A DNA stretch of 64,000 nucleotides from Actinomycetota bacterium. GTDB lineage: Bacteria; Actinomycetota; UBA4738; HRBIN12. Within the stretch, counting starts at the first letter, position 1, and each line of letters opens with the position of its first letter. The stretch spans positions 1,006,717 to 1,070,716 of the forward strand of contig BPGL01000001.1 in the NCBI GenBank assembly GCA_026003015.1. Direction: 5' to 3'. A program made the translations under genes and the position numbers. Positions 41,206-50,668 of the stretch are shown here, one piece after another. The notes beneath the pieces were generated by a model that had not been told where the DNA came from, did no database searches, and saw nothing but the letters and a program-made list of their open reading frames with translations.

Positions 41206-41964
41206 TCAGGGCCCGTCGGGCTTGCGCGCGCGAACGATGGCGGCGTACATCCCGTCGGCGACCTCGTGCGTCGGCTCGATCGAGACCTCGACGAAGCCCG
41301 CCGCCTCGAGCCCGGCCCGGTACTCGCCGAAGCTCAGAGCGCCCGCGATGCACCCCACCCGGGAGCCGCGCCGCGCCCGCTCCCCCTCGTCGAGCGCGTC
41401 GTCGGCAACGACGTCGGAGACCCCGACGCGGCCGCCCGGGCGGAGCACCCGGGCCATCTCTCGGAAGACGGCGCCCTTGTCGGCCGACAGGTTGATCACG
41501 CAGTTCGAGATCACCACGTCGACCGCGGCGTCGGGCAGCGGGACGTCCTCGATGTAGCCGCGGAGGAACTCGACGTTCGTCGCTCCCGCCGTCTCGGCGT
41601 TGGCCCGAGCCAGCTCGAGCATCTCCTCGGTCATATCGAGGCCGTAGACCCGCCCCGACGGCGCCACCCGCCGGGCCGAGAGCAGCGCGTCGATCCCCCC
41701 GCCGGAGCCGAGGTCCAGCACCACCTCGCCCTCGCGCAGCTCGGCGACGGCCTCGGGGGTGCCGCAGCCGAGGCTCGCGAGGACGGCGGCGTCGGGCAAC
41801 GCGTCGAGCGACTCGGGCTCGTAGAGAGCCGAGCCGAACGCGCGGTCGTCGGCCTCGCCGCACAGGCACGACGACGGTCCGCAGCAGGCATCGGTTCCGC
41901 TCGCGGCGGCCCGGGCGGCCGCCGCGTAGCGCTCTCGGACCTCCTCACGAAGCTCCCGACCCAT
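41206..41964 (-). CDS. arsM: Arsenite S-adenosylmethionine methyltransferase
   Basis: The SAM motif is VLDLGSGGGID. The conserved Cys residues are in CCGPSSCLCGE, with another near the C-terminus. Confidence 0.8.
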   Translation of the reverse strand: MGRELREEVRERYAAAARAAASGTDACCGPSSCLCGEADDRAFGSALYEPESLDALPDAAVLASLGCGTPEAVAELREGEVVLDLGSGGGIDALLSARRVAPSGRVYGLDMTEEMLELARANAETAGATNVEFLRGYIEDVPLPDAAVDVVISNCVINLSADKGAVFREMARVLRPGGRVGVSDVVADDALDEGERARRGSRVGCIAGALSFGEYRAGLEAAGFVEVSIEPTHEVADGMYAAIVRARKPDGP

Positions 41965-42370
41965 CGGATCCTCCTTCCTCCAGGCGCAGCACGTCGGCCT
42001 CCAGGCGCAGCACGTCGGCGAGGCGGCCGACCACCGCCGGGTCCAGGGAGTAGTAGGCCCACCTGCCCCGCCGCTCCCGCCGCAGCAGGCCCGCGTCGAC
42101 GAGCTTCTTCATGTGGAAGCTCACGGTCGGCTGGGTGAGGCCGAGCGGCTCCACGAGGTCGCACACGCACACCGGCCGGCCGGAGGTGGCGAGCCGGTTG
42201 ACGATGCGCACCCGTGCGGGATCGGCCAGGGCCTTGAACAGCTCGGCCGTGGCCGCCGCCTCGCGCTCGGACAGTCCGTCGGTGGCCAGCGGCGCACAGC
42301 ACTGCGCCGGGGGCCCGTCGGGTCCCGGAGGTGCGGCGATCGGGGTCGGCGAACTCATATCGATATCCAT
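41945..42370 (-). CDS. arsR: ArsR/SmtB-family metalloregulator
   Basis: The HTH is ELFKALADPARVRIVNRL...CVCDLVEPLGLTQPTVSFHMKKL. An alternative start is ATG 42358. Confidence 0.75.
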   Translation of the reverse strand: MDIDMSSPTPIAAPPGPDGPPAQCCAPLATDGLSEREAAATAELFKALADPARVRIVNRLATSGRPVCVCDLVEPLGLTQPTVSFHMKKLVDAGLLRRERRGRWAYYSLDPAVVGRLADVLRLEADVLRLEEGGSDGSGAS

Positions 42371-42380
42371 CGATATGTTA
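42354..42380. promoter_or_regulatory. AT-rich inverted repeat CATATCGAT-N4-ATCGATATG spanning the arsR translation start
   Basis: It has perfect 9-bp arms in a 72% GC background. ArsR/SmtB repressors bind imperfect 12-2-12 palindromes at their own promoters. Confidence 0.45.
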
Positions 42381-42436
42381 TCACGCCTCGTCCCGCCTCG
42401 GTCGGTCAGGCGGCCGTCGGGGCGACCGTCGCGGCT

Positions 42437-43087
42437 CTACCGGCCACCTCGGCCGTAGACGACCCGCTCGAGGCAGAGCCCGTGCGGCGGTGCCACGGGT
42501 CCAGCCGCCGCCCGATCGCACGCTCCGAGGATCGCGTCGATCGCCTCGGGCTCCAGCCGCCCCTCGCCCACGGCGAGGAGCGTCCCGACGAGGGAGCGCA
42601 CCATCTGGTGGCAGAACGCGTTCGCGCGAGCTCCCACGACCACGAGCGACCCCTGGCGCACGACCGCGAGCCGGTCGAGGCGACGCACGCTCGAGCCCTG
42701 CGAGCGCCGACAGAACGAGGCGAAGTCCCGTTCCCCCACGAGCCGGGCCGCCGCGCGGCGCATCCGGCCAATGGAGGGACGTCCGGGGCGGTGCCAGACG
42801 TAGCGGGCCGTGAACGGGTCGGGGAGCTCGGCCGTGTCGATCCGGTAGCGGTACTCCCTGGCGGTGGCGGAGCGCCGGGCGTCGAAGCCCTCGGGAGCCC
42901 ATCGCGCCCGCGTGACCACGACCTCGGGCGCGAGGGCGCCGTTCAGCGCGGCCTGGAGCCGCGCGGGGTCCACCCGCGCGGCGGTCCGGAACGACACGAC
43001 CTGGCCGCGCGCGTGGACCCCGGCATCGGTCCTGCCGGCGACCGACAGGCGCGGCTCCTCCCGCAGGACCGGGGCCAGCCGGCGCAC
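42437..43087 (-). CDS. truA: tRNA pseudouridine(38-40) synthase TruA. The annotated ORF lacks the conserved N-terminus.
   Basis: It carries the AGRTDAGVHA catalytic motif. The conserved N-terminal segment RLDLAYDGTGFRGW is encoded in-frame upstream (43088-43199) but has no ATG/GTG/TTG. Confidence 0.75.
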   Translation of the reverse strand: MRRLAPVLREEPRLSVAGRTDAGVHARGQVVSFRTAARVDPARLQAALNGALAPEVVVTRARWAPEGFDARRSATAREYRYRIDTAELPDPFTARYVWHRPGRPSIGRMRRAAARLVGERDFASFCRRSQGSSVRRLDRLAVVRQGSLVVVGARANAFCHQMVRSLVGTLLAVGEGRLEPEAIDAILGACDRAAAGPVAPPHGLCLERVVYGRGGR

Positions 43088-43199
43088 CAGCTCCCCCTCG
43101 ACCGTCCGGACGGCCGGGTCGCGCTGCCGCGCCCAGCCTCGGAACCCCGTCCCGTCGTAGGCGAGGTCGAGGCGAACCGTCCGTCGGGCGCTCGCCGCC

Positions 43200-43565
43200 T
43201 CAGCCCTCCCGCTCGACGAGCTCGATCCTCGCCATCGGCGCGCCGTCGCCCTTGCGGGGACCGAGCTTCAGGATCCGCGTGTAGCCACCGGGCCGCTCGC
43301 CGAACCTCGGCGCGATCTCGTGGAACAACCGAGCCACGACGTCGCGGTCGGGCACGTCCTTCAGCACGTCGCGACGGGCCGCCAGGTCGCCGCGCTTGGC
43401 CTTCGTGATGAGGCGTTCCGCGTACGGGCGCAGGGCCTTCGCCTTCGCCTCGGTCGTCGTGATCGCCTCGTGGGTGAACAGCTGGGCCGCGAGCGTCGAG
43501 AGCATCAGCCGCTGGTGCGCCGGGCCGGACCCGAGCCGAGGCCCCTTCTTCGGCTTCGGCATCAC
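43200..43565 (-). CDS. rplQ: 50S ribosomal protein L17
   Basis: It begins [21 protein letters not shown]. Confidence 0.9.
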   Translation of the reverse strand: MMPKPKKGPRLGSGPAHQRLMLSTLAAQLFTHEAITTTEAKAKALRPYAERLITKAKRGDLAARRDVLKDVPDRDVVARLFHEIAPRFGERPGGYTRILKLGPRKGDGAPMARIELVEREG

Positions 43566-44491
43566 TCCTCCCGAAGGCCGAGGCCGAGCTCCTCGAGCTT
43601 GGCCTTCACCTCGTCGATCGACTTCTGACCGAAGTTGCGGATGTCCATCAGCTCGGACTCGGAGCGCTGGACCAGATCGCCGACCGTGTTGATGCCCTCG
43701 CGCTTGAGGCAGTTGTAGGAGCGCACCGACAGGTTGAGCTCCTCGATCGTGATCTGGTAGTCGCTCGGGAGCTCGTCCTCGGCCGCCGGACCGACCGAGA
43801 CGCTCGCCGCTTCGGCGAGCTCGGCGAACAGGTTGACCAGCTCCAGGAGCGTTCCGCCGGCGCTGGCGACCGCCTCGCGGGGCGAGACCGAGCCGTCGGT
43901 CTCGACGTCGAGGATCAGCCGGTCGCGGTCGGTCATCTGCTCCACCCGGGTGTTCTCCACGCTGTAGGAGACCTTGCGCACGGGCGAGAAGATCGAGTCG
44001 ACGGGGATCACGCCGATCGGATCGCGCGGCTTCTTGTTCCGCTCGGCCATGCGGTACCCGACGCCCCGCTCGACGGTCATCTCCATCTCGAGGGTCGCTC
44101 CCTTGCCGAGCGTGGCGATGTGGAGATCGGGGTTCAGGATCTCGATCCCCGCGGGAGGCGCGATGTCGCCCGCGGTCACCTCCGACGGGCCCTTGGCCTT
44201 CAGGTAGATCGTCGTCGGCTCCTCCAGCTCGGATCGAACGACGAGCTCCTTCAGGTTCAGGATGATGTCGGTGACGTCCTCACGGACCTTCGGGATCGTC
44301 GAGAACTCGTGCAGGACCCCGTCGATCCGCACCGACGAGATGGCCGCGCCGGGGATCGACGACAGGAGCGTTCGCCGCAGCGAGTTGCCGATCGTGTAGC
44401 CGAAACCCGGCTCCAGCGGCTCGATCACGAACCGCGATCGGGTCGGCGAGATCTGGTCCTCGGTGATCTGCGGTCTGGCGACGATGAACAC
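43562..44491 (-). CDS. rpoA: DNA-directed RNA polymerase alpha subunit
   Basis: The GTG at 44491 follows a GAGGAGGG SD and gives [12 protein letters not shown], which aligns to the MLISQRPTLSED start. Confidence 0.9.
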   Translation of the reverse strand: MFIVARPQITEDQISPTRSRFVIEPLEPGFGYTIGNSLRRTLLSSIPGAAISSVRIDGVLHEFSTIPKVREDVTDIILNLKELVVRSELEEPTTIYLKAKGPSEVTAGDIAPPAGIEILNPDLHIATLGKGATLEMEMTVERGVGYRMAERNKKPRDPIGVIPVDSIFSPVRKVSYSVENTRVEQMTDRDRLILDVETDGSVSPREAVASAGGTLLELVNLFAELAEAASVSVGPAAEDELPSDYQITIEELNLSVRSYNCLKREGINTVGDLVQRSESELMDIRNFGQKSIDEVKAKLEELGLGLREE

Positions 44492-44608
44492 GTTCGTTCC
44501 CTCCTCGTGGCGGGGGATCATCCACTCCTACCCCGCCGCTCGGGCGTCCCGACGCCGATCCGGCGCCGGGGGGCCACGGGCGCCCGCCCGCGGCCGACGC
44601 CGACGCCC

Positions 44609-45001
44609 CTACACGCGCCGGCGCTTGCGCGGCCGACACCCGTTGTGGGGCACCGGCGTGACGTCCTGGATCGCGGCGATCTCGAGGCCGGCGGCCGCGA
44701 GGGAGCGGATCGCGGTCTCGCGGCCCGAGCCGGGACCCTTGACGTACACATCGACCTTCTGCAGCCCGTGCTCCTGGGCCTGACGCGCCGCCTTCTCCGC
44801 GGCGAGCTGCGCGGCGAAGGGGGTCGACTTCCGCGACCCCTTGAAGCCGACGTTGCCGGCGCTCGCCCACGAGATCGTGTTGCCCTGCAGGTCGGTGATC
44901 GTGACGATCGTGTTGTTGAAGGTCGACTTGATGTGCGCCTGACCGTGCAGGACGTTCTTCTTCTCGCGGCGCTTCGTCTTCTTCGCCTTCGGCTTGGCCA
45001 T
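44609..45001 (-). CDS. rpsK: 30S ribosomal protein S11
   Basis: Full-length S11. Confidence 0.95.
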   Translation of the reverse strand: MAKPKAKKTKRREKKNVLHGQAHIKSTFNNTIVTITDLQGNTISWASAGNVGFKGSRKSTPFAAQLAAEKAARQAQEHGLQKVDVYVKGPGSGRETAIRSLAAAGLEIAAIQDVTPVPHNGCRPRKRRRV

Positions 45002-45018
45002 GGCTCACGGGCTCCCGT

Positions 45019-45399
45019 TCACTTCTTGCGGGCCTTCTTCTTCCCGGCGATCGTCTTCTTCGGTCCCTTGCGGGTCCTCGCGTTCGTGTGGGTCCGTTGG
45101 CCGCGAACCGGCAACGACCGCCGGTGGCGGATGCCCTGGTAGCACCCGATCTCGATCTTGCGCTTGATGTCCTGGGCGACCTCCCGGCGCAGGTCCCCCT
45201 CGACCTTGTAGTTGCCGTCGATGAACGCGCGGATCTTCAGGACCTCGTCCTCGGAGAGGTCGCGGACCTTCGTCGCGCCGTCCACGCCCGTGGCCGCGAC
45301 GACCTCGAGCGCCCGGGTCGGGCCGATCCCGTAGATGTAGCGCAGCGCGATGTCCACGCGCTTGTCGCGCGGAAGATCGACGCCGGCGATCCGTGCCAT
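45019..45399 (-). CDS. rpsM: 30S ribosomal protein S13
   Basis: It begins [15 protein letters not shown]. Confidence 0.95.
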   Translation of the reverse strand: MARIAGVDLPRDKRVDIALRYIYGIGPTRALEVVAATGVDGATKVRDLSEDEVLKIRAFIDGNYKVEGDLRREVAQDIKRKIEIGCYQGIRHRRSLPVRGQRTHTNARTRKGPKKTIAGKKKARKK

Positions 45400-45415
45400 G
45401 AAGACGAGCCTCCCC

Positions 45416-45529
45416 TCAGCCCTGCCGCTGCTTGTGCCGCGGATTGGAGCAGATCACGAGGATCCGGCCGCGACGGCGGATCACGCGACAGCGGTCGCAG
45501 ATCTTCTTCACGCTCGGCCGAACCTTCAT
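45416..45529 (-). CDS. rpmJ: 50S ribosomal protein L36
   Basis: I translated it by hand as [37 protein letters not shown]. It is not in the ORF track because it is under 60 aa. Confidence 0.9.
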   Translation of the reverse strand: MKVRPSVKKICDRCRVIRRRGRILVICSNPRHKQRQG

Positions 45530-45539
45530 CGACGCTCCC

Positions 45540-45758
45540 TCACTTGTACCGATACACGACCCGTCCCCGGGTCAGGTCGTAGGGCGAGAGCTCCACCCGG
45601 ACGCGGTCCCCGGGCAGGATCCGGATGTAGTGCATCCGCATCTTGCCGGAGATGTGGGCGAGGACCCGATGGCCGTTGTCCAGCTCGACGCGGAACATCG
45701 CGTTCGGCAGGGGCTCGACCACCGTCCCCTCCACCTCGATCACGTCTTCCTTGGCCAC
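45540..45758 (-). CDS. infA: Translation initiation factor IF-1
   Basis: The GTG start gives (M)[23 protein letters not shown]... Confidence 0.95.
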   Translation of the reverse strand: MAKEDVIEVEGTVVEPLPNAMFRVELDNGHRVLAHISGKMRMHYIRILPGDRVRVELSPYDLTRGRVVYRYK

Positions 45759-45916
45759 GCTCCGGAATGACCTCACCTGACGACCGTCCGACGCCCGCCG
45801 CCCCGGGGCATGCGCCGACCCCCGGACGGATGGGCAACGCATCAGTATAGGCCCAGCTCAACGCGGTCGTCACCGTCGTCGATCGATCCGCCGTCGCCTC
45901 CGGTGCGAGGTGGCCG

Positions 45917-47194
45917 TCAGCTCCGGCTCGGGGACGACGGACTCCGGGGACGCCGGGGCGCGCGGCCCTGGCTGAGCCACCAGCTTTCGTATCGCATCTG
46001 CTTCGCCGTCCCCGAATCGTAGAGGCGACGCTCCATCCGCGAGGCCCAGCGCTCCATGTCCTCGGCCTGCTGCCGGAGGTCCTCGGCCCGCTCGGAGCCG
46101 GAGGCGAGCCGCCTGAGCTCCTCGGCGCTGGAGGACAGCAGACGTCGGGCCGCGTCGAGGTCGCCGGCCTCAGCCCGTTCCCGGGCCTCCTCCTGGGCCC
46201 GAGCCGCACGCAGGACGACCACCTCCTCGGTGACCTCGGCGTCGGCCTCGGCCCGGGCGGCCTCGTCGGCGCTCACCAGGTTCACCACGAGGGGCAGCGT
46301 GAGCTCGTGCTGCGCGATCCGCTCCCCCACCGCGACGTAGCGCACGACGACATCGGCCACCCTCGCCACGCCGAGCCGCGCTAGGCCGGGCACGTGGAGC
46401 GCGAACACCACCCGCCGGCGCTCCTCCCCGTGGGCGTCCCCCAGCTGGAGCTGGACCCCGCCCTCGACCGCCACCACCGGGAAGTCGTTCAGGACGCCCA
46501 GGAATCGCACCTGCTCGCGGGGCCGGATCTCCACAGAGACGTTCTGGGCCACGAGCTGGACGAGGTCCTCGGACTCCTGCGCGAAGATCCCCGGCGCGTC
46601 CTCCGGGGTCTCCGCGAAGTGGGCGTTCCCGCCCCCCGCCTGGGCCATCCGCGTGAGGAGGACCTCGTCGAAGTCCAGCCCGAACCCGATCGTCGTCGTC
46701 CCGATCCCGTCGTCCCCCGCCTGGCGGGCCAGGGCCACGAGGGCCTCGGGGTCGGTGATCCCCACGTTGGCCAGCCCGTCGGTGAGGAGCAGCACCTTCC
46801 GGGGACCCTTCCTCGCGGGGAGACCCCGCAGCACCTCCGCGCCCTTCAGCCACCCGCCGGAGAGGTTCGTCGACCTGCCCGGGGCGATCGCGGCGAGCGC
46901 CGCCTCCAAACGGATGGGGTCGACGGGGGCGAGCGGCACCCGGAGCTCCACGTCGTCGTCGTAGGTCACGAGGGCGAACCGGTCCACCGGGCGGAGGCGG
47001 CGGACCAGGTAGCGGGCGCAGGCCCGTGCCACCCGGAGCTTGTCCCCGGCCATCGACCCCGAGCGGTCGAGCACGAGGGCGAGGTGGAGCGACGGCCGCC
47101 GGGTGGTCCCGGGGGCCGGAGGCGCCTCCAGCTCCAGCATGCAGTGCAGGTCGTGCTCCCGCTCGACCGCCAGGAGCTCGTGCTCGAGCCGCAC
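45917..47194 (-). CDS. von Willebrand factor type A (VWA) domain protein with a C-terminal coiled-coil/charged tail
   Basis: The VWA MIDAS region is LVLDRSGSMAGDKL. The GTG start follows GGAAGG. It is inserted between map and infA. Confidence 0.7.
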   Translation of the reverse strand: MRLEHELLAVEREHDLHCMLELEAPPAPGTTRRPSLHLALVLDRSGSMAGDKLRVARACARYLVRRLRPVDRFALVTYDDDVELRVPLAPVDPIRLEAALAAIAPGRSTNLSGGWLKGAEVLRGLPARKGPRKVLLLTDGLANVGITDPEALVALARQAGDDGIGTTTIGFGLDFDEVLLTRMAQAGGGNAHFAETPEDAPGIFAQESEDLVQLVAQNVSVEIRPREQVRFLGVLNDFPVVAVEGGVQLQLGDAHGEERRRVVFALHVPGLARLGVARVADVVVRYVAVGERIAQHELTLPLVVNLVSADEAARAEADAEVTEEVVVLRAARAQEEARERAEAGDLDAARRLLSSSAEELRRLASGSERAEDLRQQAEDMERWASRMERRLYDSGTAKQMRYESWWLSQGRAPRRPRSPSSPSRS

Positions 47195-47215
47195 GTTCGC
47201 CGGATCTCCCGCCTT

Positions 47216-47270
47216 CCTCTCTGTGACGGTCGGTGACCTCTGTGACGGTCCGTGACCGGCGTCACGGTAC
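47216..47270. repeat. Tandem 19-bp direct repeat (CTCTGTGACGGTC[G/C]GTGAC x2) plus an inverted GTCACGG element upstream of the VWA gene
   Basis: Copy 1 is at 47219-47237 and copy 2 at 47238-47256. The inverted partial copy is at 47260-47268. The block is followed by a G7 run. Confidence 0.6.
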
Positions 47271-47300
47271 CAAGGGGGGGTGACACGGATGGCAGCGAGG

Positions 47301-48062
47301 CTACCGATCCCGGGCCGTCAGGACCTCGTGGCCGGTCTCGGTGACCGCCACGGTGTGCTCGAAGTGGGCCGATAGCGAGCCGTCGGCGGTCACGACGGTC
47401 CATCCGTCAGGCAACAGCCGCGTCGCGTCCCCACCGAGGTTCAGCATCGGCTCGAGGGCCAGGACCAGGCCGGGCTTGAGCTCGGGACCCCGGCCCGGAT
47501 CCCCCCAGTTCTGCACGAACGGGTCCTCGTGGAGGGCCCGGCCGATCCCGTGCCCCCCGTACTCCCGGACGAGCCCGAGCCCCTCCCGCTCGGCGACCTC
47601 CTCGATCGCGTGCCCGATGTCGGACAGGCGCCCGCCGGGGCGGACCCGTTCGATCGCCGCGTCCAGGGCGGCCTCGGTCGTCTTGAGGAGCCGCTCGGCC
47701 TCCGGGGAGGGCGCGATCCCGCCGACGACGACGGTGACCGCCGAGTCGGCGTGGAACCCCTCCCAGACCGCGCCGACGTCCAGGGACAGGAGCTGCCCCT
47801 CGGTCAGGCGGCGGGTCCGCGAGGGGATCCCGTGGACGATCTCGTGGTCGATCGAGGTGCAGATCGTCGCGGGGAACCCACGGTAGCCCTTGAACGAGGG
47901 ACGCGCGCCCACGGCCTCGATCGTCTGGGCGGCCAGACGGTCCAGATCGAACGTCGTCCGCCCGGGCGCGACGGCCTCCAGCAGTCGCGAGATCGTGTCG
48001 GCGACCACGCGCCCGGCCCGGCGCATCCGGTCGAGCTCCTCGGGGGACTTGCGGACGATCAC
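47301..48062 (-). CDS. map: Methionine aminopeptidase type I
   Basis: It begins (V)IVRKSPEELDRMRRAGRVV... The GTG start overlaps the adk stop (GTGA). Confidence 0.9.
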   Translation of the reverse strand: MIVRKSPEELDRMRRAGRVVADTISRLLEAVAPGRTTFDLDRLAAQTIEAVGARPSFKGYRGFPATICTSIDHEIVHGIPSRTRRLTEGQLLSLDVGAVWEGFHADSAVTVVVGGIAPSPEAERLLKTTEAALDAAIERVRPGGRLSDIGHAIEEVAEREGLGLVREYGGHGIGRALHEDPFVQNWGDPGRGPELKPGLVLALEPMLNLGGDATRLLPDGWTVVTADGSLSAHFEHTVAVTETGHEVLTARDR

Positions 48063-48721
48063 GCGCGCCGCTCCAAAAGCTCCTCCAGCGCGGCCTCCGC
48101 GCGCCCGGCGACCTCGTCCTTCGGGGCCTCGGCATCGATCTCGAGCAGGAGCCCGCGCTCCCGGTAGAACTGCTCGAGCGGCGCGGTCTGCTCCCGGTAG
48201 ACGGCCAACCGCCGCTTGGCGGTGAGATCGTCGTCGTCGCTGCGCCGGACCAGCTCCGTCCCGTCGAGGTCGCAGACGAGGTCGACCGCGGGCGGGCTGA
48301 ACTCGCGGTGGTAGGTCCGCTTGCACGTCGGACACGTGTAGCGGCCGGTCAGTCGAGCGATCGCCGTCACGTCCGCGACCGCGAAGCACAGGACCGCGTC
48401 GAGGGGACGCCCTCGGGCGGCGAGGGCCCGTTCGAGGGCCTCAGCCTGGGGAACCGTGCGTGGGAACCCGTCGAGGACGAAGCCCTTCTCGGCATCGGGC
48501 TCCTCCAGACGATCCATGACCATCTCCACCACGACCTCGTCGGGCACGTACTCCCCCCGGTCCATGAAAGCGCGCGCCCGGATCCCGAGCGGCGTCCCCT
48601 CCTGGACGTGCTCGCGCAAGATGTCGCCGGTGGAGATCTGCGGGATGCCGAAGCGCTCGCACAGCACCTGCGCCTGGGTTCCCTTCCCCGCCCCCGGCGG
48701 GCCCAGCAGCACGAGGCGCAT
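48059..48721 (-). CDS. adk: Adenylate kinase (long form with a Cys-containing lid)
   Basis: It begins MRLVLLGPPGAGKGTQAQ. Confidence 0.95.
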   Translation of the reverse strand: MRLVLLGPPGAGKGTQAQVLCERFGIPQISTGDILREHVQEGTPLGIRARAFMDRGEYVPDEVVVEMVMDRLEEPDAEKGFVLDGFPRTVPQAEALERALAARGRPLDAVLCFAVADVTAIARLTGRYTCPTCKRTYHREFSPPAVDLVCDLDGTELVRRSDDDDLTAKRRLAVYREQTAPLEQFYRERGLLLEIDAEAPKDEVAGRAEAALEELLERRA

Positions 48722-48742
48722 CGGGATCGCCCTCCCGGACCG

Positions 48743-50020
48743 CTAGCGGAGGAAGCCCTCGTAGTGCCGCATCATGAGCTGCGACTCGATCTGCTTCATC
48801 GTCTCGAGGGCGACCCCGACCGTGATCAGGATCGTGGTGCCGCCGAAGGGGAACGACGCGACGGGCAGCCAGTAGGCGATCACGACCGACGGGATCAGCG
48901 CGATCGCCGCCAGGAACAGCGAGCCGGGCAGCGTGATCCGCACGAGCACGCTGTTCAGGTGCTCGGCGGTCGGCGGCCCCGGCCGGATCCCCGGGATGAA
49001 CCCCCCCTGCTTGCGCAGGTTGTCGGCCTGGCGGTACGGGTCGAACTGGATCGCCGTGTAGAAGTAGGCGAAGAAGACGATCAGCAGCGCCAGGATCGCC
49101 ATATACACGATGCTCCGGTGGTTCTGGATGTAGCTGTTCACGAAGTTCCGGAACCACTCCGCCGAGATCACGCTGGCGAGCAGGACGGGGAAGTACAGCA
49201 CCGAGGTCGCGAAGATGATCGGGATGACGCCCGCCTGGTTCACCTTCAGCGGCAGGTAGGTGCTGCCCCCGGTCGTCATCTTGCGCCCCACAACCCGGCG
49301 CGCGTACTGGATCGGGATCCGCCGCTGCCCCTGATCGATGAACACCACGGCGACGATGATCGCGATCCCGAGCAGGAGCATCGCGACGAACTTCCCGGCT
49401 CCGCCGACGGACAGGATGGCCCCTCCCTCCGACGGCAGGGTCGAGATCACGCTCGTGAAGATCAGGATCGACATCCCGTTGCCGACCCCGCGCTGGGTGA
49501 TGAGCTCGCCGAGCCACATGATCAGGGCCGTTCCGGCGGTCATCGTCAGGACGATCAGCGCGACGTTGCCGGGCGTGAACGTTCCTGCGGGGAACACGTC
49601 GGGGAACTCCTGACCGGAGTGGAACAGGAACACGAGGCCGGTGGACTGCAACAGGGCCAGCACGACCGTCATGATCCGCGTCCACTGGTTGATCTTCTTG
49701 ACGCCCGGCTCACCCTGTTCCTGGTACTGCTGCAGCTTGGGGATCACGACCGTGAGCAGCTGCATGATGATCGAGCTCGTGATGTAGGGCATGATCCCGA
49801 GCGAGAACACCGCGAACCGGGTGAGCCCTCCCCCCGAGAAGATGTTGATGAAGCTCAGGAACCCCTGATCGCCCTCGAGCTGGCGCCGGATGAGCGTCGT
49901 GTCGACGACCGGGACGGGCACCCACGAGCCGAACCGGTACACGGCGATGATGAACAGCGTGAACAGGATCTTGGCCCGGAGGTCCGGGACCTTGAACGCG
50001 TTCAGGAAGGCCCTGAGCAC
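48743..50020 (-). CDS. secY: Protein translocase subunit SecY
   Basis: It is a 10-TM SecY. Confidence 0.95.
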   Translation of the reverse strand: MLRAFLNAFKVPDLRAKILFTLFIIAVYRFGSWVPVPVVDTTLIRRQLEGDQGFLSFINIFSGGGLTRFAVFSLGIMPYITSSIIMQLLTVVIPKLQQYQEQGEPGVKKINQWTRIMTVVLALLQSTGLVFLFHSGQEFPDVFPAGTFTPGNVALIVLTMTAGTALIMWLGELITQRGVGNGMSILIFTSVISTLPSEGGAILSVGGAGKFVAMLLLGIAIIVAVVFIDQGQRRIPIQYARRVVGRKMTTGGSTYLPLKVNQAGVIPIIFATSVLYFPVLLASVISAEWFRNFVNSYIQNHRSIVYMAILALLIVFFAYFYTAIQFDPYRQADNLRKQGGFIPGIRPGPPTAEHLNSVLVRITLPGSLFLAAIALIPSVVIAYWLPVASFPFGGTTILITVGVALETMKQIESQLMMRHYEGFLR

Positions 50021-50033
50021 CGTGCCCCCGAGC

Positions 50034-50477
50034 CTACCCGCTCGGCGCGATCAGCTCGACCGACCCACCGGCCGCCTCGATCTTCGCCCGGGCGCCGGCC
50101 GAGACCGCGTGGGCCTTCACCACGAGGGCCTTGTCGAGCTCGCCGCGCCCCAGGACCTTGACGGGGCGGCCCTTGCGCGCCAGCCCGTGTGCGTACAGGG
50201 CCTCGGGGGTGACCTCGCCGTCGAAGTACCGCGCCAGCAGCTCGACGTTGACCGGCGCGTAGGCGACCCGGCTCGGATTGCGGAAGCCCTTGGCCTTGGG
50301 CACCCGGCGCTGCAGGGGCATCTGTCCGCCCTCGAAGCCCGGGCGGATCTGCTTGCGGGCCCCGGTGCCCTTCGTGCCGCGCCCCGCCGTCTTGCCTCGG
50401 GCGCCGGCGCGCCCCCGCCCGACGCGGGTGCGCTCCTTCGTCGCGCCATCGGCCGGCCGCAGGTGGTGGAGCTTCAT
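50034..50477 (-). CDS. rplO: 50S ribosomal protein L15
   Basis: Full-length L15. Confidence 0.95.
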   Translation of the reverse strand: MKLHHLRPADGATKERTRVGRGRAGARGKTAGRGTKGTGARKQIRPGFEGGQMPLQRRVPKAKGFRNPSRVAYAPVNVELLARYFDGEVTPEALYAHGLARKGRPVKVLGRGELDKALVVKAHAVSAGARAKIEAAGGSVELIAPSG

Positions 50478-50668
50478 CGCGCCTCACCCTCCAACTCCTC
50501 GACCACAACGAGGTGACGCACCTTGGCGATCATCCCGCGGATCTCCGGCCGGTCCTCCTTCACGACCGTATCGTGCAGGTGGCGCAGGCCGAGGCGGCGG
50601 ACCGTGTCCTTCTGGTTGCGCGGGCGCCCGATGGCGCTTCGGACCTGGGTCACGCGCAGCCGGCTCAT
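50474..50668 (-). CDS. rpmD: 50S ribosomal protein L30
   Basis: It begins [23 protein letters not shown]. Confidence 0.9.
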   Translation of the reverse strand: MSRLRVTQVRSAIGRPRNQKDTVRRLGLRHLHDTVVKEDRPEIRGMIAKVRHLVVVEELEGEAR

